Under the pieces are notes generated by a model. It was not told the origin of the DNA. It made no database searches and saw nothing but the letters and a program-made list of their open reading frames with translations. 64,000 bases of DNA from Candidatus Staskawiczbacteria bacterium (GTDB lineage Bacteria; Patescibacteriota; Minisyncoccia; Minisyncoccales; Staskawiczbacteraceae). The translations under genes and the position numbers were made by a program. The stretch spans positions 5,678 to 69,677 of the forward strand of contig JAPLYZ010000010.1 in assembly GCA_026395295.1 (NCBI GenBank), written 5' to 3'. Below are positions 45,110 through 54,452 of this stretch, in pieces (the first letter of the stretch is position 1; each line of letters begins with the position of its first letter).

Positions 45110-47605
45110 TTATTTTTTGGGCGGGATGGGTTGGCTGGAAGAAATTGGAGGCTGAGCTGGCGGAATGTCCACAAAAGAACGCTGGGCAATTTCCTGCTCA
45201 ACAACATCTTTTGCCCGCGAATATTTTAACTTTGATATTTTTTTAATAGCGGCAATAATTTCCGGTTTTCCTTTTGGAGGAGGCAGTGTATTCATCTTAA
45301 ACGGCGTTGAAATTTTATTGTTTATCATCATTTTTATCAAAACCGTGAAGTTGTCTAAGTTCACCAAATCAAACCTTGAAAATCCGGGCTCAAATTGTTT
45401 TTCCAAATTTTCAGCGTCTTCAGCTCCAATGCGAAATGCGCCAATTGTGCCAACGTTGCCCAAAACCGCGTCGCGAATTTCCTGCTTTAACTGAGGCATA
45501 TATTGGTGAGCCATTATCAAATTGAGTTTATATTTTCTTGCCTCAGATAAAATTGTGGAAATTGAATCAGTTGTAAAATTTTGAAACTCGTCAATGTACA
45601 AATAAAAATCTGTTCTTTGGTCTTCTGCAATTCTTGCCCGCCTCATTGCCGCCATTTGTATTTTTGAAACTAAAATCAAACCCAGTAAAGAGCTGTTTAC
45701 CTCGCCGGTTAAACCCTTGGACAAATTTGCCAAAAAGATTTTTTTCTTATCCATTACATCTGCCAAATCAAAACCCGAGTGCGACTGACCGATGATATTT
45801 CGCATCATCTCGTTTTCAATAAACCTGCCAAGCTTTGAAACAACATAGCCCAACATGTCCGACCTGGTGGAACCTGTTGTTTGTGCCCATTCTTTTGTCC
45901 AAAAAGACCGAACAATTGGGTCAGAAACTTTTGCCATTCTTTGTTGTAAAAACGCCGGATCGGTAAACATTTTTGGAATTTCAACCAAAGTTCCCGGGTT
46001 ATCTTTATCTGCCATTAAGGCCAGCATGGCGTTTCTCATATAATGCTCAAACATTGGGCCAATAATTTCCGGCGGAAAAAGTTTCATAAATATGGCAATC
46101 ATTTCCTGAACCGCAAAATCTTTCTGTTCCGGCGAATCGTACTCTAACATGTTCAAGCCGCACGGCCTTTCAATATCCGACGGATCAAAAAGCACAACAT
46201 CATCAATCCTATCCTTTGGTATCATTGCTAAAACATGGTCAATTAATTCCCCGTGCGGGTCAACAATTGCCACGCCTTCACCATTTGCAATGTCTTGAGC
46301 TATCATACTTTCTAAAAACCAAGATTTACCAACACCGGTTTGTCCTATAATATAAAAATGCCTTCTTCTGTCTTTTCTGTCAGCAAAATAAACTTTTCTC
46401 TCTTCGTTTCTGTAAGAGACTTTTCCTATGCATATCTGCCCTTTTTCCGGCAAGTCTGCCGGCGGAGGCGATGACACAGACTTTGCGGCTTTAATATATG
46501 GGGTTTCAATGTAATGTGTAGGGAAATGATAAACGCTGGCCAATTCCTCCAAATTCAAAACATTGGCTTGTTTTTCGTTGAAATTTCTAAAACTAAAATC
46601 GTAAGCAAATTTCTGCAGTTCTTTGCCTCGAACTTCTTTAACTTCCAAATTGTTTATTGCCGATAGCGAAAACTGACTGAATGCCGAAGTTAAATGATTT
46701 AAAATTTCTTCTGCTCTGCCTTCTGACTGGGCCGATGCCACAACTCTTATGTTCACTTCAAATGGTTGTTTTTGAATTTTGCTTTGGATTGCATCGTAAC
46801 CCTTCTGGTCGATCCCCTGCTCCTTATCAACACTTTGAAACTCTATTTCTTTTCTCTTTGAGTCCATGGGTCCCCTGACGAAAAGCTCGTCTATTAACTC
46901 CATCAAGTCTCCCAATCCCCATCCATAAGCTCTTTCTACCGCAATTTTTACAGATTTTCCTTCTCTGATTTTTTTTAAGGCCTTCTCGCCTGCTTTTCTC
47001 AAGTTTAATTTAGACAACGGCCTAATTATTACCTGGACTGCCCCGCCTTCGTTAGCTGAAATTTTGCTCAAATTATTTGTTACCAATGCCAAGGGATCTG
47101 TTTCCAGTGTTTGATAGGTGCTAATTGGAAAAAGGTAGCTTTCGGAAAGCTTTAAATACGCAGCGGCGTTTGTTCCTTGCGGTTCAAAAATTGTATAATC
47201 TTGCGGAACCTTATCAACCACTGCGTTAGGATAAACACCCTGCACATATTTTTCGAAAACCGACTCCAAATATTTAGGAACTGCAACGTAAAAAGAAATG
47301 TCTGAACTTCCTATTTGAGAAGCAATTTCAAAAGCGCAACAAGGCGGAGTTTGAAACACGCTGCGTTTTTTCAAATATAAAAAGTTGGCGAAGACTTGCT
47401 CCATTTGGGCAATCATTAGTTTTTCCTCCTTTTGCTGTTCGCCTTCTTTCTTAGGAGAGTGCTGGGGCATCATCACCAAAAACAAAACCATTTCCAATCC
47501 TCCAAAGACGGAATTTTTTTCGTTTGTTTCAGCGTTCAAAACAAAAATAAAAGCCAAAACAATCAGTAAAAAAACCAAAATTAATCCGGGTATAATAATC
47601 GCCAT
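45110..47605 (-). CDS. Membrane-anchored VirD4/TraD/TraG-like (T4SS coupling-protein-like) P-loop ATPase
   Basis: 831 aa. Two N-terminal TM helices, Walker A GQTGVGKS, Walker B-like FYLYIDEFQNF, LIMAHQY. Confidence 0.6.
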   Translation of the reverse strand: MAIIIPGLILVFLLIVLAFIFVLNAETNEKNSVFGGLEMVLFLVMMPQHSPKKEGEQQKEEKLMIAQMEQVFANFLYLKKRSVFQTPPCCAFEIASQIGSSDISFYVAVPKYLESVFEKYVQGVYPNAVVDKVPQDYTIFEPQGTNAAAYLKLSESYLFPISTYQTLETDPLALVTNNLSKISANEGGAVQVIIRPLSKLNLRKAGEKALKKIREGKSVKIAVERAYGWGLGDLMELIDELFVRGPMDSKRKEIEFQSVDKEQGIDQKGYDAIQSKIQKQPFEVNIRVVASAQSEGRAEEILNHLTSAFSQFSLSAINNLEVKEVRGKELQKFAYDFSFRNFNEKQANVLNLEELASVYHFPTHYIETPYIKAAKSVSSPPPADLPEKGQICIGKVSYRNEERKVYFADRKDRRRHFYIIGQTGVGKSWFLESMIAQDIANGEGVAIVDPHGELIDHVLAMIPKDRIDDVVLFDPSDIERPCGLNMLEYDSPEQKDFAVQEMIAIFMKLFPPEIIGPMFEHYMRNAMLALMADKDNPGTLVEIPKMFTDPAFLQQRMAKVSDPIVRSFWTKEWAQTTGSTRSDMLGYVVSKLGRFIENEMMRNIIGQSHSGFDLADVMDKKKIFLANLSKGLTGEVNSSLLGLILVSKIQMAAMRRARIAEDQRTDFYLYIDEFQNFTTDSISTILSEARKYKLNLIMAHQYMPQLKQEIRDAVLGNVGTIGAFRIGAEDAENLEKQFEPGFSRFDLVNLDNFTVLIKMMINNKISTPFKMNTLPPPKGKPEIIAAIKKISKLKYSRAKDVVEQEIAQRSFVDIPPAQPPISSSQPIPPKK

Positions 47606-47608
47606 AGT

Positions 47609-48043
47609 TTAAGTTTTTTTATCGTTATCATCATCTGCCGGCTGGCTCATTTTTAAATAAAACCCTTCGCGAGCTAAGGTGTCGTGCAATATATCTAAAA
47701 GATACGGCTCGTTCATTTTTCTGGCAACTTGTATTGCAAAAACCACGCCTTTTTCCCTTGCCATCTGCAAAAGATGTTCTATCTTGTCTTTTTCTCCCAA
47801 GAATTCAATCTTTTCAGCCTTTGCTTCTGCGTCTTTTTTTGTATTCTCATCTAATTCCATCATTTCTATTTCTTTTCTCAGCTCAGCGGAAATTCTTGCG
47901 TCGTCAGAAGAAATTTCTTTTTTTCTTTCAGGAACTTCCAAACTCTCCTTCTCAAAATGCACCGCCTGTTCCGGAGTCGAAGGCTTCTTCTCTTTTCCCG
48001 GGGTACCCTTTGGGTCCTCTTCTTTTTTGTTTTGCAAAGCCAT
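47609..48043 (-). CDS. Acidic hypothetical protein
   Basis: 144 aa, Lys/Glu-rich, no motif. Tightly packed in the operon. Confidence 0.35.
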   Translation of the reverse strand: MALQNKKEEDPKGTPGKEKKPSTPEQAVHFEKESLEVPERKKEISSDDARISAELRKEIEMMELDENTKKDAEAKAEKIEFLGEKDKIEHLLQMAREKGVVFAIQVARKMNEPYLLDILHDTLAREGFYLKMSQPADDDNDKKT

Positions 48044-48050
48044 TTGTAAA

Positions 48051-48704
48051 TTATTTTACTATTAAATCTATTAAAAACGAATCTATTTTCCCGGAGGAAA
48101 GATTGTTGCCAGTGTTGTCTTTTCCTGTTTCAACCTTTATTTTCAATCCTGTTGATTCCTTGGAAACTTCGTAAATTTTCACGCAAGGCGTGGGATCGAA
48201 TGCCGGTTTTAACAGCGTTCCGCACATGTCAGGGTTTGGAAGCCACGGGCTTATTGTATACCCCTCAACCGGAACAAAATTCCTGCCTTTAGAGTCAACA
48301 ATATTTTCTATTGTCCATGAGTTTGGTTCTGTGTTTTTTGTGCCCTGGTTTTGCGCTCCAACTGTAACCTGAATAAATTTAGCTCCTGTATTAGATACTG
48401 TCAGATTTTTTTGTGTAGAATATTGATTGCTTACAATTTCAGACGCTTTTAAAACTGTTCCTCTGTCTATGGCTGATTCAAAAACAAATCTGATGTTTCC
48501 CAAGGTTTGCTCGTAGACCGGTTCCACTACAGTTGTTGTTGGGGGTGTAACTGGTTTTGGCGGTTTTTCAGCCATTTTTACTATTAAAAAAGTAATTACC
48601 ACGGCAACCAAAATGACCACCGCTAAAACTAACAGCAATCTTGACGCCTGACCCACCTCCGCCGAGCTTCGGCGAGGCAAGCCTGACTGTTTATTTATTA
48701 CCAT
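48051..48704 (-). CDS. Membrane-anchored extracytoplasmic beta-rich protein
   Basis: 217 aa. N-terminal TM. The N-terminus contains the REP-derived segment LPRRSSAEVGQAS. Confidence 0.4.
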   Translation of the reverse strand: MVINKQSGLPRRSSAEVGQASRLLLVLAVVILVAVVITFLIVKMAEKPPKPVTPPTTTVVEPVYEQTLGNIRFVFESAIDRGTVLKASEIVSNQYSTQKNLTVSNTGAKFIQVTVGAQNQGTKNTEPNSWTIENIVDSKGRNFVPVEGYTISPWLPNPDMCGTLLKPAFDPTPCVKIYEVSKESTGLKIKVETGKDNTGNNLSSGKIDSFLIDLIVK

Positions 48705-48745
48705 ATTTTTTTATATTTAATAATATTATTTCATTTTACCACAAT

Positions 48746-50005
48746 CTATTCGTACCGCAAGGCTTCAATGGGGTCTAGCTTTGCCGCAGACCTTGCCGGC
48801 ATAACTCCGAAAGATATTCCAATGGCAGCTGAAACCCCAACCGCAATTATAATAGAATACAACGGCACTGAAAAAATCCATGCCAGCCCGTTATAACTTG
48901 CTATTAAAGAAACCAACCAGCTCATAACAGAACCCAAGATAATTCCAAGTATTCCGCCCAAGACTGTAACCAAAATTGATTCCACCAAAAATTCTCTTGA
49001 AATATCAGAACTTCTTGCGCCCAACGCTTTTTTTAGGCCAATCTCAGCTGTCCTCTCGGTAACAACCACATACATAATATTCATTATGCCAACTCCACCC
49101 ACAATAAGCGAAATTGACGCAATGGCAATCAACAAAATGGTAATGCCATTAAAAATTGTGTTGAAGGTTTCCAAAGCTTGCGCTTGAGTGGTTACCATAA
49201 AATCATCTTTATTTGGGTTTGTAATGCTGTGGAGACTTCTCATGGTACTGCGGATTAATTCTGCTGTGGCGTCGCCCAGGTTTGTGTCTTTCAACTGCAC
49301 AACGCCGATGGTTATATAATTGACTCCCAGCATTTTTTTCTGAGCCGTGACAAGTGGCATATATAAACTGTCGTCAGCCCCTCCTGCGGAAAAAGATCCT
49401 TGCGCATTATAAACCCCTATAACCTGGAAATTTAAATTTCCAACTCTTATCAACTTCCCCACTGGCTCATCCTGCCCGAATAAGTCGTTGGCTAAATTGC
49501 TTCCCAAAATTGCCACCTGGACTGCCCCGGCATCTTCTGTCTGCGTAAAAAATCTGCCTTTTTTCAAGGTGTGTTTATCAATAGAAAACATATCAGCTCC
49601 AACTCCAAAATAAATAGAGTTTTTAGCGTTATTCCTGTAATTTACCACCGAAAGACCGGTAACCATGCCATAGGCTCCGGAAACATTATTTAATTTTTTG
49701 AGCGCAGTCAGGTCGGATAATTTGAATGTTGTAATCTGCACAGTAGAAGCCGCCCTGCTAAGGTCGGCTGATGCCGGGTTGTTATTGGCTAAATTCTTTG
49801 TTGTAGGAGGAACTTTTGTTTCCACAAAAAGGGTGTCTGTTCCCCACGCCGCCAGTTCGGCGTCTATCAAGCTTCTAAAACCTGCGCCGGCGGACAAAAC
49901 CGTAATCACTGTTGCAATTCCAATGACAATTCCCAGAGTCGTTAAAACCGTCCTTATAGGGTTGGACTTTAACGCTCTTATCGATTGCTGAAAAGAATTA
50001 ACCAT
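48746..50005 (-). CDS. ABC transporter permease (MacB/FtsX type), subunit 2
   Basis: 419 aa, same architecture as 7263-8495. GGVGIMNIMYVVVTERTAEIGLKKALGA, C-terminal DPIEALRYE. Confidence 0.9.
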   Translation of the reverse strand: MVNSFQQSIRALKSNPIRTVLTTLGIVIGIATVITVLSAGAGFRSLIDAELAAWGTDTLFVETKVPPTTKNLANNNPASADLSRAASTVQITTFKLSDLTALKKLNNVSGAYGMVTGLSVVNYRNNAKNSIYFGVGADMFSIDKHTLKKGRFFTQTEDAGAVQVAILGSNLANDLFGQDEPVGKLIRVGNLNFQVIGVYNAQGSFSAGGADDSLYMPLVTAQKKMLGVNYITIGVVQLKDTNLGDATAELIRSTMRSLHSITNPNKDDFMVTTQAQALETFNTIFNGITILLIAIASISLIVGGVGIMNIMYVVVTERTAEIGLKKALGARSSDISREFLVESILVTVLGGILGIILGSVMSWLVSLIASYNGLAWIFSVPLYSIIIAVGVSAAIGISFGVMPARSAAKLDPIEALRYE

Positions 50006-50015
50006 GATTTTATAA

Positions 50016-51287
50016 CTATTCGTAGCGAAGCGCGTCGATTGGGTTTAATTTTGACGCTTTTAAGGCCGGGTACAGGCCAAAAATAACGCCTGTTAAAATT
50101 GATACGCCAACAGCCAACAGAACAGAGGTTATAGAAACTACGAATGCCCAGTCATATCCCAAATAACGCATCAACAGGGTTATAAGATAAGAAATTAAAA
50201 TTCCCACAATAATTCCGACAATTCCGCCCAGAAAAGTCAGAGTCCCGGCTTCCAGCAAAAATTGCTTCATAATTGCCACATTGCTGGCTCCGACCGCTTT
50301 TCTTAAACCAATTTCTCTGGTGCGCTCAGCCACTGTTGCCAACATAATATTCAAAATTCCGATTCCCCCAACCACCAAGGCAATCGCGGCCATGGCAGTT
50401 AAAAATAATCTTAAAGCATCGGTTATTGTGCTTAAAATGCTGATTGCGTCGGCAATATTTCTTACCGTATAATCAGCGTCAACATCTTTTTGGATACGGT
50501 GGCGTTGATTTATTACATTTTTTACATCGGCAATTGTCTGATCTATGTTGTTTGACGAATCTACCTTTATGTCTATTCCACGCAAATAATGAATTCCAAG
50601 AATTTGTTGTTGGCCAATTGTCAGAGGTAAATAAACTTGGTCATCAAAATCCAAAAAAATAGCGCTGCCCTTTTTTTCCATAACTCCTATAACACGCAAA
50701 GGAATTCCGCCGGCTTGTTCTTGCGAAGCGCTTCTGACTTTTACAACCTGGCCAATGGGGTCAACTCCTGTATTGTTGAATATTTCCGAGGCAACAGTGT
50801 CCCCCAAAATCACAACATTAGCCGCCCCTTCGCCCTGCCTTTGGCTGAAAAATTGTCCGTTTTTTATAGAAGTATTTAAAACATTGGGAAAATTATAATC
50901 TGTGCCAATGAAATTTGTGTCTACTGTTTTGTTTTGCCAGGTCACAGAAACAGACCCCATAACTAAACTCGCCACTGCCTCGGCGTGCGGAACCTGGTTT
51001 TTATTTCTTAGGGCTTCTGCGTCTTCATTGACCAGGGTTGTGATTGTAATTCCAAATGCCTGCGCCGGAGGCCCCTTCTCGTTGCTCTTACCGGGTTGGA
51101 CAGACAAAAGATTAGAACCCAATTTTGTTATTTGCCCCAAAATCATGCTTTGCGCCCCTGCTCCCAAAGCAATTATAGTTATCACTCCGGCAACTCCAAT
51201 AACAATTCCCAGAATAGTCAAAAACGACCTGCCTTTCCTGGCAAGCAATGTCCTAAAAACTAATTTTATGGTTCCCAAAAAATCCAT
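50016..51287 (-). CDS. ABC transporter permease (MacB/FtsX type), subunit 1
   Basis: 423 aa. GGIGILNIMLATVAERTREIGLRKAVGA, C-terminal NPIDALRYE. Confidence 0.9.
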   Translation of the reverse strand: MDFLGTIKLVFRTLLARKGRSFLTILGIVIGVAGVITIIALGAGAQSMILGQITKLGSNLLSVQPGKSNEKGPPAQAFGITITTLVNEDAEALRNKNQVPHAEAVASLVMGSVSVTWQNKTVDTNFIGTDYNFPNVLNTSIKNGQFFSQRQGEGAANVVILGDTVASEIFNNTGVDPIGQVVKVRSASQEQAGGIPLRVIGVMEKKGSAIFLDFDDQVYLPLTIGQQQILGIHYLRGIDIKVDSSNNIDQTIADVKNVINQRHRIQKDVDADYTVRNIADAISILSTITDALRLFLTAMAAIALVVGGIGILNIMLATVAERTREIGLRKAVGASNVAIMKQFLLEAGTLTFLGGIVGIIVGILISYLITLLMRYLGYDWAFVVSITSVLLAVGVSILTGVIFGLYPALKASKLNPIDALRYE

Positions 51288-51290
51288 AAT

Positions 51291-51301
51291 TGTCGCACAA
51301 T
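51291..51301 (-). repeat. ATTGTGCGACA 11-mer, copy 7
   Basis: Exact copy on the minus strand in the 18-nt ATPase-permease spacer, ending 3 nt upstream of the permease ATG. Confidence 0.95.
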
Positions 51302-51305
51302 GGAA

Positions 51306-52022
51306 TTATTTTACCAAATCTTTTTCGGCGCTGGCAATAGTACGTTTTATCACCTTTTCATCGGAAATAATTTGGCCGTCTTTTATGCGGATAATTCTTT
51401 TGGCGTGGTTTGCTGTGTCGGTTTCGTGAGTGACCAAAATAATTGTGTGGCCCTGGTTGTTCAATTTCTGTAAGATATGCATTACTATATTTCCAGATTT
51501 TGAATCCAGGTTTCCGGTTGGCTCGTCGGCAAAAATTACAGCCGGATTGTTAACCAAAGCCCTTGCAATTGCCACGCGCTGTTTTTCTCCTCCGGAAATT
51601 TGGTTTGTAAAATATTCAAGGCGATGCGACATTCCAACCGACTCTAAAGCTTTTTCCGCCAGTTTGTCAAAATCTTTATTTTTACTGTAAACCAACGGCA
51701 ATTTTACATTGTCTAAAACAGTTGTGCGAGCCAGTAAGTTAAAAGATTGAAAGACAAAACCAACTCTTTCGTTTCTTAACTTTGCCAAATAGTCGTCATC
51801 AAAATTTTTTGTGTCTTTTCCTTCAAAGTTATACAAGCCGGAAGTCGGTCGGTCTAAAAAACTTAGAATGTGCATTAAGGTTGATTTGCCAGATCCCGAC
51901 GGTCCCATAATTGCCACAAATTCTCCTTCGTTTATCTTAAACCTGACGCTTCGCAAAACCTGCGTGACAACATCGTCATTAACATAATCTTTTTTTAAAT
52001 TTTCGACTTCAATAAGCGCCAT
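51306..52022 (-). CDS. ABC transporter ATP-binding protein (MacB/LolD type)
   Basis: Walker [10 protein letters not shown], signature [15 protein letters not shown], Walker [12 protein letters not shown]. Confidence 0.95.
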   Translation of the reverse strand: MALIEVENLKKDYVNDDVVTQVLRSVRFKINEGEFVAIMGPSGSGKSTLMHILSFLDRPTSGLYNFEGKDTKNFDDDYLAKLRNERVGFVFQSFNLLARTTVLDNVKLPLVYSKNKDFDKLAEKALESVGMSHRLEYFTNQISGGEKQRVAIARALVNNPAVIFADEPTGNLDSKSGNIVMHILQKLNNQGHTIILVTHETDTANHAKRIIRIKDGQIISDEKVIKRTIASAEKDLVK

Positions 52023-52032
52023 GGTTATATTT

Positions 52033-53559
52033 TTATGGTTTAATGTATGTTACAATTTCTTGGCCGTCTTTTAATCCTGAAACAATTTCCACCAACCCTC
52101 CGTCTGCCTGAATTCCAGTTTGAACCTGAACCTCGTGATATATTTTCATTTTTTCATTATCTATAACCCTGACATACTGCTTGTTATTTTTATTTATTAT
52201 TGCGGTTGACGGCACAGCCAGAATGTTATTTTTTTGGGAAATCAGAATTGTCATATTGGCCGTCATACCCGGTTTAATTCCAGGGACATTGTCAAAGCTT
52301 CCCTTAACTAAATAATCAACAACTCCGGAAATTACGGTTGAGGCAGGGTTTATTGTAAGCACTTTTCCGGAAAAATGCTGATCTGGCCCAAGCGCATCAA
52401 AAGTATAATCAATTGACTGGCCTATTTGCAAAGACGCCACGTTGGCCTCGCTGACATCGGCTTCTGTGTGCAAATTTCCAATATCTTGCAAGACAACCGC
52501 AACTTTTGTCGGGGTTGCCTGCTCGCCAACTTTTATATTAACCTGCGTAATTGTCCCGGGCAATGGAGCTGTTATTACTGAATTATTCAAAATAACCTGG
52601 GCCGAATCAACCTGACCTTGAGCAGAAAGCACTTGCGCTCCTGCCAAGTCAATGTCTTCCTGCCTGGGCTTTGCTTTCTTAGCTGACAAATTATCCTTTG
52701 CTGTTTGAAGCGCTACTTTATAAGAAGCAATACTGCTTTGTAAGCTATTAATACTTGTTAGGGCCGCGCTAACCGCGGTTTTTTGTGCGTCTAAAGATGC
52801 CTTATCGGTTACAGAAACTTTGGAATAGTAAATTCCCTGGTCGCACTGGTCTCGTATAATTTGAAGCGAACCAAAAGTAGAATTTAAATCATCTGCTAAA
52901 TTAGAGATTGCCGAGTCGGTGGTGTTAGCATCAGTCGCCCGGCTTACGCTGGATTCTGCGTTTGCCAGCTTATCGTTTATATTATTTTTATTATTCTGAA
53001 CTCTAATGCTTTGCTGATCGCTTGTTGAAAAATTACTATTTTGCACACTCACTACCGAAGCATAGGCATTGTAAACCGCTGTGTAGGCGCTGTTCAAAAC
53101 GCTCTGCGCGCTGTTATATGTGTTGCCCAAATTAACCTCGGCAGATGCCACGGCATTCTGCAAAACTTGTACCTCATTTTGAGTAGGACCATTTATCAGC
53201 TTTTCGTAATTTGCTTTGGCTTGGGCCAATGTTCCTTGTGCCGAAGTTAAAGAAGCAAGCGCAGAAGACTGGTCAAGCGACGCCAAAACTTGTCCCTGTT
53301 TCACGCTGTCCCCTTCAGTAACTAAAACTCTTTTAATAATTCCGCTCCCTTGAAAACTTAAATCAAGATCAGTGGCGCTGACAACCTGCCCTGTAGACAA
53401 AACTGTTTCCTGCAAATTTTGTTTTGTTGCAAACCCGGTTTGTATGGAATTGGCGTTATTTTTTTGGCCGAAAACAAAAAAACCAATTATAATTATAATT
53501 ATCAAAATCGCAATGATCCAGATATTTCTTTTCCTCTTCAAAAATTTTGGTAACTTCAT
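52033..53559 (-). CDS. HlyD/MacA-family adaptor-like protein
   Basis: 508 aa. N-terminal TM, long coiled coil, ITAPLPGTIT, IKPGMTANMTI. Confidence 0.8.
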   Translation of the reverse strand: MKLPKFLKRKRNIWIIAILIIIIIIGFFVFGQKNNANSIQTGFATKQNLQETVLSTGQVVSATDLDLSFQGSGIIKRVLVTEGDSVKQGQVLASLDQSSALASLTSAQGTLAQAKANYEKLINGPTQNEVQVLQNAVASAEVNLGNTYNSAQSVLNSAYTAVYNAYASVVSVQNSNFSTSDQQSIRVQNNKNNINDKLANAESSVSRATDANTTDSAISNLADDLNSTFGSLQIIRDQCDQGIYYSKVSVTDKASLDAQKTAVSAALTSINSLQSSIASYKVALQTAKDNLSAKKAKPRQEDIDLAGAQVLSAQGQVDSAQVILNNSVITAPLPGTITQVNIKVGEQATPTKVAVVLQDIGNLHTEADVSEANVASLQIGQSIDYTFDALGPDQHFSGKVLTINPASTVISGVVDYLVKGSFDNVPGIKPGMTANMTILISQKNNILAVPSTAIINKNNKQYVRVIDNEKMKIYHEVQVQTGIQADGGLVEIVSGLKDGQEIVTYIKP

Positions 53560-53571
53560 AAATTTTTATAA

Positions 53572-53679
53572 GCGAGGAAAATAATTTTTAGCGTATTACA
53601 GGACGCGAAGCGCCTGTCGAAGCGAGTTTCCCCGCCTTGGCGGGGACACGAGCGTTAGCAGAAAATTATTTTCCGAGCG
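53572..53679 (+). repeat. MITE-like structured repeat, copy B
   Basis: About 108 bp, between the HlyD gene start and the PD-(D/E)XK gene stop. Near-identical core CCTGTCGAAGCGAGTTTCCC...ACACGAGCGTTAGCAGAAAAT. Confidence 0.85.
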
Positions 53680-53681
53680 AT

Positions 53682-54371
53682 TTAATTAAATTTTTTAGCT
53701 CCATCTAACCATTTTTTAAATAAGCAATCTTGGCTGTGCTCAGGCGGAGTCGGCTCTCTTAAACATTTGACTGCATCCTGAAAAATTGCGTAAATGTCTG
53801 ACGGGTTGGTTTCTATCTCCACTATTTCTTTGCGAAACGGCAGGCGGTCAATGAATCCCCTGCTCTTGTCTACGATATAAAAAGCCAAATAGCCTTTCCG
53901 CGGAGTTTTATAACCGTTCTTCTCCATTAAAAATGTGTAAGTGTCTAACTGCAACTGGAATCTGTCATAAACATTTGCCGCGGTGCTTCCTGTTGATTTA
54001 TAGTCTAACGGAGCAATTTTAGAATCGCTGAATTCCAAAACATCATCAACCGCGCCAAATAACGTTGCTTGAAGAACCTCGTCAAAATATCTGATGCCGG
54101 CAAGATTGTTTCTCCATTGGTTCAACAACTTCTGATTTGGAAAAAGTCGCGCCTTTATGCCATTTTCTTTCAGCAACGGATGCGGTAAATTCTTCGCCCG
54201 GTAAGTGTCAAACTCTTCTTTTAGCAAACTGTCCACCGCCGAGTTCAAAGCATAAGGGTATGGCGGAGGCCTTTTTATTCCCAAATTCTTATCCAGCCAA
54301 AAGCAATGCGGACATTCCAAAAACAAATTCAGAGAGTTGGGTGATAATTGTATTGGTTTTTCGTTAGCCAT
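53682..54371 (-). CDS. PD-(D/E)XK nuclease superfamily protein (Cas4/RecB-like)
   Basis: 229 aa. N-terminal CPHCFW cysteine pair, D...DYK core (APLDYKS), C-terminal Cys. Confidence 0.55.
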   Translation of the reverse strand: MANEKPIQLSPNSLNLFLECPHCFWLDKNLGIKRPPPYPYALNSAVDSLLKEEFDTYRAKNLPHPLLKENGIKARLFPNQKLLNQWRNNLAGIRYFDEVLQATLFGAVDDVLEFSDSKIAPLDYKSTGSTAANVYDRFQLQLDTYTFLMEKNGYKTPRKGYLAFYIVDKSRGFIDRLPFRKEIVEIETNPSDIYAIFQDAVKCLREPTPPEHSQDCLFKKWLDGAKKFN

Positions 54372-54396
54372 ATTCTATTATATCAAATTTTTAGAA

Positions 54397-54429
54397 TAAA
54401 AAAAGTCCCGACAGTTCACACTGTGGGAC
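54397..54429 (-). terminator. Terminator after purC-purE
   Basis: On the minus strand: GTCCCACAG-tgtgaa-CTGTCGGGAC, then TTTTTTT. Confidence 0.75.
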
Positions 54430-54452
54430 ATTTAAATATCCAAGGCAGCAGG

